Below, piece by piece: positions 45,097-55,483 of a stretch of DNA of 64,000 nt. This stretch comes from a virus (Duplodnaviria > Caudoviricetes). Made by a program: the position numbers and the translations under genes. The number at the start of each line of letters is the position of its first letter. Positions within the stretch are counted from its first letter, which is position 1. The notes under the pieces are model-generated. The model saw only the letters and a program-made list of their open reading frames with translations, ran no database searches and was not told the DNA's origin. The stretch is from IMG/VR virus record IMGVR_UViG_2634166464_000002, positions 9,639 to 73,638 of that record, one strand, 5' to 3'.

Positions 45097-46443
45097 TCAG
45101 AACCTGATCGTCGCTTTCACGACAGCCTTCGCGAAGCGCAGGCCGAAGTCGTGCATCGACTCCGCCAAAATCGCGAACATGTTTTGCTGCCAGAGGTGGA
45201 TGAGGTTCTCACCCGTGCCATCGGGATCGAGCGTCGCCTGGTCGCTCATCTTCATCGTGATGCCCTCTTCTTCACCGAAGAGCACATGCGTGAAGTCGAC
45301 GAGCGCAAGCGTGGTCTCGTCGGTGGTCGCACCGCCGTTCGTGGGGAGCTGCGCGGTCACCACGACCGGAAACCCTTTCCACGTCACGGCATTGCCGCTT
45401 CCGATTCCCTGCATCGTTGGGAATGCGAAATCGCCGTCAGAGCCTTCACCAACGCGGACATCCGCGAGGCGCATCGCCGTGCGATAGCTCATCACCCAAC
45501 GCCACCGGTTGCTGGCGAAGATATTTGCGGTCGTCATCCGCAGGATCATTGCGGTGGCGAGCGCATCGAGCTCAGCGAGCGTCGGGTTGAGCGGATCCGC
45601 GAAGGTCGGCGTGATGATCTGAACGCCGGCCTTGTTGAGGATTCCCAGCGGCGATGCGCCAGCACCAGTGCCAAGCCAGCCGTTGAGATCGAGCGTCAGA
45701 GCGAGTGCGCTTCTGAGATCCTCGCGCACATACTCTTCAATGTTACCGATCGTCCACATGCGGGCTTCATTGGTCAGCGGCACAATGCCGGCCAATTTTT
45801 TGGCCCTCATGTCAATCGCGTCGAAAGTCGGCGTGGAGACTGGCTTCAGAGCGCCTTCAGCAACGTACGCTGCCGTCGCACCGGTTGCGCCGCGGCCGAC
45901 TTTGTACTGGCCGTTCACAAACTGCACCCGCGTTGGGCCCGCAGCGAGGAACGTTGACTGCATGCGAAGCAGCGGAATGATTCCGCCAACCTGCGCCTGC
46001 GGGACGAGAATACCGCCCTCGGCCGACACGAGCGTGTTGACGGCCTTGGCCTTCGGGTCTTGCTTGAGCTCGCCCGCAAACTGGCCGTAGCCTTCGTCTT
46101 CCAAGACCTTCAGCGGGTGCTTCCCGTCTGCTTTGCCCTTGATGATCGCCGCCGCCGTGAGCGACAGGGCCATCTCGCCGCGGATCTCTTTCGGCTGCGC
46201 ATGCAGGACCGTGCGCTGCTCGCCGGCCGGCTCGTTCGCGGGCCGGGAGGCCTTCGCCTCGAGCTCTTCCGCCTTCTCGAGGAGCGAGACCTTCTTCTCG
46301 ATCGCCTCGATCTCCTTCAGTGCGGTCTCGAATGCATCGAGATCCTCCTGGGTGGCTTCGTCCGCAAACGCCTTGCTCTGGATGCCTGCGAGCGCGCCGT
46401 ACTTCTCACGCAACTGAGCGCGCAGCTTCTCGAGTTCAGACAT
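45097..46443 (-). CDS. HK97-fold major capsid protein
   Basis: Coiled-coil delta domain, EGGILVP, AAYVAEG, KKLAGIVPLTNE, GTG..PLGI and LWQQNMFAILAE. Confidence 0.95.
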   Translation of the reverse strand: MSELEKLRAQLREKYGALAGIQSKAFADEATQEDLDAFETALKEIEAIEKKVSLLEKAEELEAKASRPANEPAGEQRTVLHAQPKEIRGEMALSLTAAAIIKGKADGKHPLKVLEDEGYGQFAGELKQDPKAKAVNTLVSAEGGILVPQAQVGGIIPLLRMQSTFLAAGPTRVQFVNGQYKVGRGATGATAAYVAEGALKPVSTPTFDAIDMRAKKLAGIVPLTNEARMWTIGNIEEYVREDLRSALALTLDLNGWLGTGAGASPLGILNKAGVQIITPTFADPLNPTLAELDALATAMILRMTTANIFASNRWRWVMSYRTAMRLADVRVGEGSDGDFAFPTMQGIGSGNAVTWKGFPVVVTAQLPTNGGATTDETTLALVDFTHVLFGEEEGITMKMSDQATLDPDGTGENLIHLWQQNMFAILAESMHDFGLRFAKAVVKATIRF

Positions 46444-46537
46444 GAGTAATTACTCCACTCTACTCATGGAAACGGGCGCCGTAGCGCCCGCTCATCGCCC
46501 CTACCCGCTGGGGCCAGCGTTTCGGCTGCACGCCGAG

Positions 46538-47608
46538 TTAAGCCGCGAGACCTTTTTCCCTGAGACGCGAGTCCAAAGCCTCGAGGCGTGTTTTGAGCGC
46601 TTCCTTGCGCGACGCTTCGGCGACCGTGGCTTCCGCCTCTGCAGTACGTTGCGCCTGGAGTTCCTGCTCCAGACGCGCTTGGTTCTCCTCGCCAAACGCG
46701 AGGTCGAAGATGCGCCGCAGGAACGAGCGCGCCTGCGGCTGCGTCATCTCGGGCCCGGGAGCGGCATCGTTCGCGGCGGGCGGATGGTCGGGCGCGGGAT
46801 CCTGTGAACCCACACTCTCCTGCGGTTCCGGATTGGCATCAGGCTCCTTGATCGCCTTCGCGACAGCCTCCTCGATCGCTTTCGCGTCCACCTTCTCGGC
46901 GCCGACCACGACGACGATCGTGCGGTTGCCGGAGGATTCCTTGTGCGCGGCCTCGAGCTCGGCCCTCGGGATGACCAAGCCGGTGCCCGTGCGAGTCCAG
47001 GTGTCGAGGATCTCTTCGATGAGATCGCGCGACATCTTCAGTTCGCCACGCGCGGCCTTCGCAATAGCCTCGGGCTGGGCCGGAATCGGTACGAGCGAGC
47101 ACTCGATCAGTTCCGCCTCCAGGATGTCGTAGCCAGGCCAGTAGTATGTGTCCTGCTTCTCCTCGGGTACCTCGCGCTTCTTCACGCTCTTCGGCAGGAA
47201 GCCGATCGACACCGTGCGGATGCCGCCGTGTTCCAGCATCCAGGCTGCCTGGTCGATCTCGGGGATCGGCCCGCCGGCAGGATGGAGCGTCAGCGTGCCC
47301 TCGGTGCGCTTTGGCCTCCCGTTCAGGATCTTGCTGACGTCGCTCCACAGGCCGACGGGAAACTTGGAGGAGGAGTGGAACAGCAGACCCTGCGGGTTCT
47401 TCATGAACTCCGTGAGATCGACGCCCTCCTGATGCACCACGTCGCGGTCACGATCGGGCGTCTGCGTGCTCATCACGAAGCGAGCTGAGCGCTTCTCGGG
47501 ATCCCATGACGGTACGCCCTTCGCCGCCTTCATGACGGTGCCGTCTTCCGACACGAAGTTCTTCCTCGCGGCGAGGTATTCATCGACGCTGACGAGGTTG
47601 TCGCCCAT
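46538..47608 (-). CDS. HK97-type prohead protease
   Basis: STQTPDRDRDVV..NPQGLLFH..VSIGF..ELIECSLVPIPAQPEA. Confidence 0.9.
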   Translation of the reverse strand: MGDNLVSVDEYLAARKNFVSEDGTVMKAAKGVPSWDPEKRSARFVMSTQTPDRDRDVVHQEGVDLTEFMKNPQGLLFHSSSKFPVGLWSDVSKILNGRPKRTEGTLTLHPAGGPIPEIDQAAWMLEHGGIRTVSIGFLPKSVKKREVPEEKQDTYYWPGYDILEAELIECSLVPIPAQPEAIAKAARGELKMSRDLIEEILDTWTRTGTGLVIPRAELEAAHKESSGNRTIVVVVGAEKVDAKAIEEAVAKAIKEPDANPEPQESVGSQDPAPDHPPAANDAAPGPEMTQPQARSFLRRIFDLAFGEENQARLEQELQAQRTAEAEATVAEASRKEALKTRLEALDSRLREKGLAA

Positions 47609-47617
47609 TCCGATCTC

Positions 47618-47830
47618 CTACTTGCTCTCAGCCGAGGGCCTCTTGCCGCGCTCGACGAAATACTTGGTCGCGACCACGATCACGAACGCGCCGTAAGCGT
47701 CGTGCGCCAATCCCTGGAAGTAGTCTTCCCACTTCCACTCGGACGCGATCAGCCACGCGAACACGCTGATTCCGAGCCACATGCCGGCAAGCACAATCGA
47801 GAGGCTGTGCTCACGCAGCCATTTCACCAA
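47618..47830 (-). CDS. Small membrane protein
   Basis: Two hydrophobic segments; lies between portal and protease. Confidence 0.5.
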   Translation of the reverse strand: MVKWLREHSLSIVLAGMWLGISVFAWLIASEWKWEDYFQGLAHDAYGAFVIVVATKYFVERGKRPSAESK

Positions 47831-47833
47831 GGC

Positions 47834-48193
47834 TCAGGCGCTCCGGGAGATCCGTCGCGCGACCTCGAGGAGGTCGACACCCATCGCCACCGCAAATCGC
47901 TGAATGGCGAGAACCGCTTCCTCTTCCAGGTAGTGGATCTCCGTGGCCGGCGTGTTCGTGACGACGTCCCGCAGCGTCGGCGACCATGGCAGCCCGAGCC
48001 AATAGGCGAGCAACGCATGGGTGAGATCGTGCTCGCGGTTCATAGCCTCGACACTCGAATAACCGAGCCTCGCAGCGGTTTCGGCCTGGTCGGCGTGGCC
48101 GCTGTGACGGGCGTGCAGCTGCCGCCCATCCGGAAACGTCGTGACCGTATAGTCGTCCTGAACTTCGACCGTGACGGCGCCGATCTGGAACAT
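47834..48193 (-). CDS. Hypothetical protein
   Basis: HDLTHALLA..SPTL..EEEAV; coupled to the portal stop. Confidence 0.6.
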   Translation of the reverse strand: MFQIGAVTVEVQDDYTVTTFPDGRQLHARHSGHADQAETAARLGYSSVEAMNREHDLTHALLAYWLGLPWSPTLRDVVTNTPATEIHYLEEEAVLAIQRFAVAMGVDLLEVARRISRSA

Positions 48194-49593
48194 CAGTCGT
48201 TGTTCACCGCCAGGCGGAGAGAGCGCTCGCGCGCCGCGCGCTGCTCGTCCTCATCCTCGTTCTGACCGCCCTGCCCTGTGCCCTGGTTTTGACCCGTGGC
48301 CGCTTGCTGGATGACGTTCCCCTGCCTGTCGACGATCGCGAAGTTGACCGGCACCAGGCGCACGTCGCCACCCTGCTCGAGCGGAGAGAGCCCGAGCGGC
48401 AGACGCTCGCGAGCCTCGTTGACCTCGATGAGACCGTCTTTCACCGCCTTATCGATGACATCCATCAACGTTTTCGGATCGCCGGCCAGGAGCGACATGC
48501 GATCGAATTCAGGCCAGTGATCGTCCCACTCGTCCTCGGGGAGCAGTTCGTTCCTAAACTTCTCTTCGATGTTGTCCGCGATCGGGATCAAGGAGTCGTT
48601 GGCGTAGGCGTTGTTCGCGGCAGCCTGGTTGTCGTACTTGCTACCGTCGCCGTAATGATGAACCTTGTGCGGCGGCACTTCCATCAGGCCGCAGATCCTC
48701 ATCACCATCTGATTGTAGGACTCGGTGGTCAGGGCGTCGCGCGCGTTGACGGCAATCGCCTTGGCCTTGAGCCCCGCCTCCAAGAGAATCGGGTCGCCGT
48801 GCGTGCGTGCCTTGCGGGTGCGCTCGGTCAGCTGCTCCTTCAGGCGCCGGAACGCGGCATCGGCGAGCTCCGCATTGCCGAAGTCCCGGTCGGTTTCGAA
48901 CACGAGGGGTTGCTTGCCATCGGAGCCGAAGAGGCTTGTCTGGTAGCTCGAGATCGCGCCGAGCAGTTCGAACACCGGATGCCCGAGCCTCGCGTTGCTC
49001 AGGCCTTCCAGCCCATCGAGCAACTTGCCGCGCAAATGAATGATCCGTTCGGCCGGGACAATGATGACACTCTCGCCGAGCTGCGCACGCTCGAACTCGG
49101 TGGCTGCATTGATCTCGTAGAACAGGCGCCCGGTATCGCTGATGCGTGGGCGGCAGCGCGCCGGCTGCAGAGGCAAGAGCTCGAGGACGTCACCGAGCCG
49201 CGTGACGCGCTTCAAAATGTACGAATTCTGGGCGAGCTCGAGATGGATTATCACCATCCTCCAGAACTCGCCCCAGGAGTGGATGCTATTGGGCTTGCGC
49301 GCCAGCATCCGCGCAAACCAGTGCGCGCCTGGCTCGACCTCGGTCCAGCGTCGTCCCTGCCGGCGCCAGAGCTTCATGCCGGCCTTTGCAATGTCCCGCG
49401 CTTTGACCGCGGCGCACTGAACCGCCAACGCCAGCCCGACGCTCTCCAAGCGGCGCGGATCCGGGACATTCCACCCGAAGGATGGCCAGAAATCGGGGCT
49501 CAGCCCGATCTCCTGCCAGAACTCGGGATCGATGGTCGACGCGACGGGGACCACGTCCGAGGCCTTCGCGGAGAGGTCCAGGATGTCTCTCAT
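48193..49593 (-). CDS. HK97-family portal protein
   Basis: KPNSIHSWGEFW, IIHLRG..DGLEGLS, ILLEAGL, ICGLMEVPPHKV and VNEARE..LGLSP..GGD. Confidence 0.92.
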   Translation of the reverse strand: MRDILDLSAKASDVVPVASTIDPEFWQEIGLSPDFWPSFGWNVPDPRRLESVGLALAVQCAAVKARDIAKAGMKLWRRQGRRWTEVEPGAHWFARMLARKPNSIHSWGEFWRMVIIHLELAQNSYILKRVTRLGDVLELLPLQPARCRPRISDTGRLFYEINAATEFERAQLGESVIIVPAERIIHLRGKLLDGLEGLSNARLGHPVFELLGAISSYQTSLFGSDGKQPLVFETDRDFGNAELADAAFRRLKEQLTERTRKARTHGDPILLEAGLKAKAIAVNARDALTTESYNQMVMRICGLMEVPPHKVHHYGDGSKYDNQAAANNAYANDSLIPIADNIEEKFRNELLPEDEWDDHWPEFDRMSLLAGDPKTLMDVIDKAVKDGLIEVNEARERLPLGLSPLEQGGDVRLVPVNFAIVDRQGNVIQQAATGQNQGTGQGGQNEDEDEQRAARERSLRLAVNND

Positions 49594-51443
49594 GCTGCCT
49601 GTCCTGCGAGCCCGCGGGCGAGATAGGGGTTCGGCTTCTCACGCTCGCGCCGATCCATGCCCAGCACGCCGGCTTCGTGATCGAGGCGGATGACGTTGCC
49701 GATGATCGTCGCGTCAATGCCGTCGATGTTCGCCTTCGAATCCTTCGTCTCCTTTTTGGGGAGCACGTTGGAGTTGGCGTCGTAGTAGCCCACAACGTTG
49801 CCGGCGCACCAAGCCGTGACGGGGTTGCCGTCATGCTCCAGAAGCTCCGTATTGCCCACGCGGGCGATCAGGTCTTCCGTAGCCGGCGTCAGTGACCGGG
49901 CGTTCTTCTGGACGATGAACGTGGGATGGCCGGCGAGCTCGATTTCCGACGCCATAAGGTTCGCCTGGTAGTCGTCCAGGCCAACGCCGATCACGATGTG
50001 GCCCTCGAGCATGTCGAGCACGCGCTTCAAGATGATCTTGTAGTCGACGAAGGTGCCGCCATGCGCGTCGGTGAGCTCGAGCCAGCCTTCCTGGGCCCAG
50101 GCCGCAAAGGCATCCGCGAAGCGATCGTCGGTCATGCGCGGGCAGTTGCGGCCGAGCCAATACTTCGCGACGGTGTAGAGGCGGTCGCCGACTTTCACCA
50201 GGAAGGCAGCCGCATTGAGGTCGTTCCGGCTCGCGAGGTCGAGGCCGACGTACATCGGATAGCCGCGGAACGCATCGAGGTTGAGCGCTGGGTTCGCGCA
50301 CGCGTTCCAATCGTCCACCGAGATGAGATTGCCGGCGGCGCGCGACCAGACGTTAAGGCGAGTCCGGAGGTACTCGTTGAGCTTCGCGGGGCTCTTGCGT
50401 GCTTCCGCGATCTCCTCCTCGATCGCCGCCTTGGTGAGCGAGACACCCCAGAGCGGATTGACCTTCTCGACCACCTTGAGGTCGAATCGCTTGTCGGTGT
50501 CCTCTTTGCTCCCGGCATAGATGACCGTGAAGAGCCGATCATTGCGCATCCGGCCCTTGAGCACCGCAAGGCTCGCCTTCCAGTCGTCATAGGCTGGCGA
50601 ATTGGTGTCGCGGCCGGCTGTCGAGATCGACAGGAACAACGGGTTGCGGCGTGAGCCCATCGCCGTCTTCAAGACGCCAATCACCGCCTGGCTCTGTGCG
50701 TGCAGCTCCTCGGCGAGGACCAGGTGCGGGTTGTAGCCGTCCAAGTTTTCCGCTTTGCTCGTCGCGAGGGTTATCTTCGATCCCGTGGCGCGGAACTCCG
50801 TGTAATCGCGGGTGTCGTGTGCCTGATACAGGTCGACGAGGTCTGGCTCCTTCTTGAGCGTCTCGCGGATCACGTTGTACGGGATCGCGGCTTGCTTCTC
50901 GGAGCCTGCCGAGATCGTGACCTCGGCGCCTGGCTCGTTCTCGCAGTTAGCGCAGTACAACACGATCCCCGTCGACAGCGTCGTCTTCGTGTTCTTGCGC
51001 GGTACCCACAACGATGCCGAGCGGACCCATCTGAGCCCCGTGCCACGTTCCCGGAAGCCAAATATGCCGGCGACCCACCAGCACTGCACCGGCTCGAGCA
51101 CGATCGTGCCCTCGAACGCTTTGACGTGTGGGAGAAGCTCGATGAAGGCACATGGATCTACGACGTGTGCGTCCGACCAGAAGTATTCTGCGCGTCCGCT
51201 GAGGGCGAGCCGTCGCATGTCCAGGAAGCGGCGGCAGGCCTGGATTTCTTCTTCACAGGCGGGCACTCGACCAGCTGAGACTTCTTCGCAGTACCAAACC
51301 GCCATGCCTGGGTAGTCCGGGTAGGACTGCCCTTCGACCTCGATGAGCGGGAAGCGCTTATCGGCGGCGGCACGCGAAACCTGCCCGCGCGAACTTGTTG
51401 ATCGGCGCTGATTCCGGCGCGGCGATCGGCTTGTCGAGGTCAT
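49590..51443 (-). CDS. terL: Terminase large subunit
   Basis: VPRKNTKT (Walker A), LAEELH (Walker B), ISTAG, YVGLDLASRNDL and NIDGIDA. Exact start uncertain. Confidence 0.92.
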   Translation of the reverse strand: MTSTSRSPRRNQRRSTSSRGQVSRAAADKRFPLIEVEGQSYPDYPGMAVWYCEEVSAGRVPACEEEIQACRRFLDMRRLALSGRAEYFWSDAHVVDPCAFIELLPHVKAFEGTIVLEPVQCWWVAGIFGFRERGTGLRWVRSASLWVPRKNTKTTLSTGIVLYCANCENEPGAEVTISAGSEKQAAIPYNVIRETLKKEPDLVDLYQAHDTRDYTEFRATGSKITLATSKAENLDGYNPHLVLAEELHAQSQAVIGVLKTAMGSRRNPLFLSISTAGRDTNSPAYDDWKASLAVLKGRMRNDRLFTVIYAGSKEDTDKRFDLKVVEKVNPLWGVSLTKAAIEEEIAEARKSPAKLNEYLRTRLNVWSRAAGNLISVDDWNACANPALNLDAFRGYPMYVGLDLASRNDLNAAAFLVKVGDRLYTVAKYWLGRNCPRMTDDRFADAFAAWAQEGWLELTDAHGGTFVDYKIILKRVLDMLEGHIVIGVGLDDYQANLMASEIELAGHPTFIVQKNARSLTPATEDLIARVGNTELLEHDGNPVTAWCAGNVVGYYDANSNVLPKKETKDSKANIDGIDATIIGNVIRLDHEAGVLGMDRREREKPNPYLARGLAGQAA

Positions 51444-51747
51444 CGAGTCCTAACGCAGCCCGAGCCTTGTCCATCTGGACAAAGGTACTGGCTCTGATCT
51501 GCTTCCCGTCAGCCACGGCACGATGGACGTTGTCGAACTGCGCGACATACGACGAGAGCGAGCGATGCTTGTCGGCCGTGAGATGGCCGGCGTCGTAGAG
51601 GAGGCGCGCGAGCGTGTCATATTCCTTGCGCGCTGCCTCGGTGAACAGAGGAAACAGGCAGTCGGGAATCGCCCGGTAGGATGGGTGGGCGAGGACATTC
51701 GGATCCCCGCGGCCAGCCTGCGCGAGCGTCTGACGCTTGGGCCTCAT
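51358..51747 (-). CDS. terS: Terminase small subunit (probable)
   Basis: Directly upstream of and overlapping terL; P27-like pattern LFTEAARKEYD..L...D...LSSY..ALGL. Confidence 0.7.
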   Translation of the reverse strand: MRPKRQTLAQAGRGDPNVLAHPSYRAIPDCLFPLFTEAARKEYDTLARLLYDAGHLTADKHRSLSSYVAQFDNVHRAVADGKQIRASTFVQMDKARAALGLDDLDKPIAAPESAPINKFARAGFACRRR

Positions 51748-52439
51748 GCTGCACGTTTGATTTCCGTGGCGATGCAGGCCTCACCATGTCGGGTGAGCAA
51801 CCTGTCGAGCACCTTTAGGGACATCCAGGCACGCCCGTTCTGGCCCCAACTGCCCGACCAAGAATTCAGGATCCGGATCGCACCCGTGCTGCCATCAGGG
51901 CACGGCTTCTTCCGATTGGCGCCGATCGCGAGATACGCGTGACCACCAAACGACTCGCCCTCGTCCCAGATAAACCCATACGGGTCGGGGTCGAACATGC
52001 GCTCGGTCCAGTCGGTACCAAGGACCATGGGGCCCGTCATGAGCAGATGCCCCATCACCATCTCGGCGTTCCAGGCCCAGCGATACTCGGTGATGAAGCC
52101 GTCGCGCTTCAGCACCTTAAACAGAGCGCGGACGCTGGTGCCCTCATAATCAGGCTCTTCGCCTGGCCACTCGTCGAGACGCTGGCACTCTAGGTAGAGT
52201 TGGTGCGGCATCAGATGGGGCACGTTCACGACCGGATGCGTGGTCAGGTAACGCGTACCAGCATACGCAACACACTGGCTGGTGTAGCCCTGATCGAGCG
52301 GCCCTCCCCTACACAGCCAATACTTGCTGGTCCGCGTCGGAGGAACCGAGACGCGCTGCAGCGCAAAGCGGCGATCACGATCATCAAACGCCGGCCGGCG
52401 ACCAAGCCGGCGTGGATCGGGTTCAACGCCGCGCGTCAT
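51744..52439 (-). CDS. Papain-like (C1) cysteine peptidase
   Basis: DQGYTSQCVAY (Gln, Cys), GGHAY (His), ILNSWSGSWGQNGRAW (Asn). Confidence 0.85.
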   Translation of the reverse strand: MTRGVEPDPRRLGRRPAFDDRDRRFALQRVSVPPTRTSKYWLCRGGPLDQGYTSQCVAYAGTRYLTTHPVVNVPHLMPHQLYLECQRLDEWPGEEPDYEGTSVRALFKVLKRDGFITEYRWAWNAEMVMGHLLMTGPMVLGTDWTERMFDPDPYGFIWDEGESFGGHAYLAIGANRKKPCPDGSTGAIRILNSWSGSWGQNGRAWMSLKVLDRLLTRHGEACIATEIKRAA

Positions 52440-52442
52440 GGG

Positions 52443-52598
52443 TCAGAAGTGTCCGGTCACCGCGAAGATGAGGAGAAGAACGAACACCACGAGGATGATG
52501 CCTGACGGGCCGTAGCCCCAAGAGCGGCTGTAATTCCACGTCGGGAGCGCGCCGATCAGGATCAGAATGAGGATGACAAGCAGGATCGTGGTCAGCAT
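52443..52598 (-). CDS. DUF3309-like small membrane protein
   Basis: MLTTILLVILILILIGALPTWNYSRSWGYGPSG... Confidence 0.8.
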   Translation of the reverse strand: MLTTILLVILILILIGALPTWNYSRSWGYGPSGIILVVFVLLLIFAVTGHF

Positions 52599-52602
52599 GT
52601 TC

Positions 52603-53001
52603 TCAACTCGTGTCCCCTCGAAACTTCGGTCTCTGCGTCGGGTCATCACACCAGGCGATGATGCGATCCATCTGCCCGGTCTCACGCGCATAGCGCTCGA
52701 GCTGCGCCTTCCAACCGGAGTGGTGGTAGGTACACAGGCCCCAGTGGTTGAGCTCGTCCCACATCGCGCCCCCCTCGGTGATCGGCCGCTTGTGATCGAC
52801 CACGCCCGTAGCACCCTCGACGATCAGCGTCGTGCGCCCGTTCTCCAGGCACCGCACACAGAACGGGTTTCGCTGCCGGTAGCGCTTCGAATAGCGGGTC
52901 CAGCGGGCGTCATAGCCTCGTTCGGTAGGCGGGGTGCGGAACGGCTTGGAGGAGCGGGTGAGGCGCGCTCTGGGGGGCTTCTTCCCCAGTACCTTGGGCA
53001 T
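52603..53001 (-). CDS. HNH endonuclease (HK97 gp74-like terminase cofactor)
   Basis: RGYDARW..NPFCVRC..VVDHKRP..NHWGLCTYHH. Confidence 0.9.
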   Translation of the reverse strand: MPKVLGKKPPRARLTRSSKPFRTPPTERGYDARWTRYSKRYRQRNPFCVRCLENGRTTLIVEGATGVVDHKRPITEGGAMWDELNHWGLCTYHHSGWKAQLERYARETGQMDRIIAWCDDPTQRPKFRGDTS

Positions 53002-53511
53002 TCAGATTGCGGATTCTCACCTGTGCCGAAAAGCGAATCACAACCTGCACAAACGAGTCAACTGCAAAATTGCAATGCGGCAGGCCGAGGCCTGCGCTTC
53101 GGCATTGCACAGATGCACGAATCCCCTTGATTTGATTCAAGGATTCCCCACCAGCCGATTCAATCGGTCGCAGGGGCTCCGTCAGGCTCAGAAATCGGAG
53201 GGTTGGGGTTCCACGCCCTCCGCCAATAAAATCGAAGCAATCCAAGCGTCGATCTCGGCGCTTTCTTCGTCCATTATTATGAGCCATATGTGATGTAGTG
53301 GATGATGTGGGTGAGCGTGCGCCCCGTGCAGCATTTTTACTTCTCCCGTGAGGACGTCACGCCCTCCGCCCTCACACCCGCTCGGCGGCAAGTGTCAGCC
53401 AGCGTAGAACTTCAGCAACGGTGAAATGCTTCGGCTTCCGGCCCGTCGCTATTCTGAGGGCATCGAAGCCAATACACACCGCCATCTCCATCGGCTGCCA
53501 TTCCTTGGCCC

Positions 53512-53754
53512 TCATAGGGGCTCCTTGCCGTTTTCCGCCGCCCACTCGTTTACCAGATCCTTGGCGGCGCCGACCTTCTCGCCGCGCGCATAGGTCGTGA
53601 TCCCCGGATCCCGCCGGTCCTTGCGGCTCCACATCTCGGTGATTCCGGTGTCGATCTCCGCTTTGTCTTTAGCTCCCCACCAGATGCCGTAAACTTGCTT
53701 GGCCGCGCCTTTGGCGCCGTCCGCGAACATCACGACTTTGCGGAAATACGGCAT
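53512..53754 (-). CDS. Hypothetical protein
   Basis: Coupled small ORF. Confidence 0.5.
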   Translation of the reverse strand: MPYFRKVVMFADGAKGAAKQVYGIWWGAKDKAEIDTGITEMWSRKDRRDPGITTYARGEKVGAAKDLVNEWAAENGKEPL

Positions 53755-54284
53755 CAGGGCCCCTCGATCACGGAATAGGTGTTGTCGGGATTGCGGATCA
53801 GGGTGACGGTGAACTTCACACCCTTGCCCACGGTGATCGGCTCGGTGAGCCGCAGCGTCTTGGTCGTCACCGTCTGTCGCGAGAGCGGGCGACCGAGGAA
53901 CAGGGCGTTGATGCCGCCCTCCTCTTTGAGGAACTCCACCAGCGTCGCACTTCCGATCTGCCGCTTCGCGGCCTCGCGCAGGCAGTGAGCGTACCTCGAC
54001 GCGTTGGAGCGCTCCGTCCCGCTGCGCAGGTCGGCAAACACGAACCTGCAGACCAGGGTGAACTCATCGCTGCCGTTCTCGATATAGCGTCGATTCCCAG
54101 ATCGCGGTTGATCGAGGAAGAGCCGCTGCAGCTCCGCGAACTCGCTCGGATCACGGCATCGCTCGGCGAGCCGCATGCAGTGTCCCAAAAGCTCATACAG
54201 GGCGAAGCTGGAATGCCTCTTGCCGATCGGGCCCGCTTCCGCAATGCGCCGGAGCCGCTGGGCCTCCTCGACGATGCTGCTCAC
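53754..54284 (-). CDS. Hypothetical protein
   Basis: 176 aa ORF with TGATG coupling. Confidence 0.6.
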   Translation of the reverse strand: MSSIVEEAQRLRRIAEAGPIGKRHSSFALYELLGHCMRLAERCRDPSEFAELQRLFLDQPRSGNRRYIENGSDEFTLVCRFVFADLRSGTERSNASRYAHCLREAAKRQIGSATLVEFLKEEGGINALFLGRPLSRQTVTTKTLRLTEPITVGKGVKFTVTLIRNPDNTYSVIEGP

Positions 54285-54430
54285 TGCAGGCTCTCAGCCT
54301 TGGAGATGAAGATCGCGGTGACGATGATCGCCGCGCAGAAGTTGATCAGGCCCCCGAGATGCACGAAGCACCAGAGATTGAGCAAGGTCGCCAAACCGAC
54401 CGAGATGAGAGGACTCATTGCACTCCGCTT

Positions 54431-54799
54431 TCACACGACATACGGCGCCGCGAAGCCCTGCTCCACCAGCCATTCGTTAACATTGCCCTGCGCGTCCCAG
54501 ATGACGGCCAGGTATCGTCCGTACTTATCGCGCACCTCTTGGGCCGGGAGCGTCTTCGTGGATGGCTTGATGGTGCGGAGCTCAACCTCGCGCTGGAGGA
54601 TCCGCCGCGCGAGCGCGTCCCGGGCGAGCAGTCCCTGCTCACGCTCGGCACCGCGGATCTCCGGCGTGTCGATGCCATACAACCTCAAGGGCTCGTTGCG
54701 CTTCCAGATCCCGAAGCCGCAGTCGATGTCAGCCCGCACGGTATCGCCGTCATACACGGAGACGATGACTGCCCGGTATTCGTAGAGCGTCAGAGCCAT
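54431..54799 (-). CDS. Thermonuclease (SNase) family protein
   Basis: VYDGDTV, LRLYGIDTPE, DKYGRYLA and VNEWLVEQGFA. Confidence 0.92.
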   Translation of the reverse strand: MALTLYEYRAVIVSVYDGDTVRADIDCGFGIWKRNEPLRLYGIDTPEIRGAEREQGLLARDALARRILQREVELRTIKPSTKTLPAQEVRDKYGRYLAVIWDAQGNVNEWLVEQGFAAPYVV

Positions 54800-55191
54800 T
54801 AGGGCCACTTCCTCACGGGGCCGAAGCGATCTTGCGCCCACTGGGCGCCGCGCCGCTGACCCTCCCGGTCGAGGACCGCGAGCAGGATCTTGCGGGCCTC
54901 GCTGGCGATCGGGCTGCTTCGCGTGTCCCGCCAGAGCGCGCCATAAGCATGCTCGATTGCAGTTCGCAGGCGCTCGGTTTCGGCACTGAGCGACCGGTAG
55001 TCGGCAGTCGCGATATCAAGCCCCTTGTCGAACTCCTCGGCCCGACGCTCTTGGTGGAATGCGTGGCCCCGGATGTTCTCGATTTGGTCAGCGGCCTCGT
55101 CGAGCAGCTCGGCGACGTCGGTGGCTGTCTCAGCGCGGCACAGATCCGCCTCCTCGCGCAACCGCTCCACGAGGTCAGGCTTGTCGCTCAT
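54799..55191 (-). CDS. Hypothetical protein
   Basis: MSDKPDLVERLR..LLDEAADQIE; coupled ORF. Confidence 0.55.
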   Translation of the reverse strand: MSDKPDLVERLREEADLCRAETATDVAELLDEAADQIENIRGHAFHQERRAEEFDKGLDIATADYRSLSAETERLRTAIEHAYGALWRDTRSSPIASEARKILLAVLDREGQRRGAQWAQDRFGPVRKWP

Positions 55192-55483
55192 TGCCTTGCC
55201 GCCGCTGTGCATCGACCTTCGTCCAGACCATCCTGAGCAGGCGGCAATCCGTCCTCTGGCCGATCTCGATGAACTCGTTGTCGGTCGGCTTCCGCAGTCC
55301 GAGCGTCTCGGTAAAGACCGTCCATTCTCCGCAGTCGATGCAAAGGCTGACGTCCTCGGGCTCCGGCGTCTTCTGGTGGCCGGCGCCGCTCGCCATGTCC
55401 TGAACCACGCCACACCACGGGCAAGGCGACGGCTTGATCGATACGGTCTTATCAACTGCTTCAGAAAGGTCGGTCGTCTTCAT
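55175..55483 (-). CDS. Small Zn-ribbon protein
   Basis: CPWC and CIDC motifs; start uncertain. Confidence 0.5.
   Translation of the reverse strand: MKTTDLSEAVDKTVSIKPSPCPWCGVVQDMASGAGHQKTPEPEDVSLCIDCGEWTVFTETLGLRKPTDNEFIEIGQRTDCRLLRMVWTKVDAQRRQGNERQA

Noticed and set aside
53002-53370. Intergenic region upstream of HNH as an ncRNA or coding region
   Set aside because: Only short palindromes and weak ORFs. Probably holds the late promoter, but I cannot define it.
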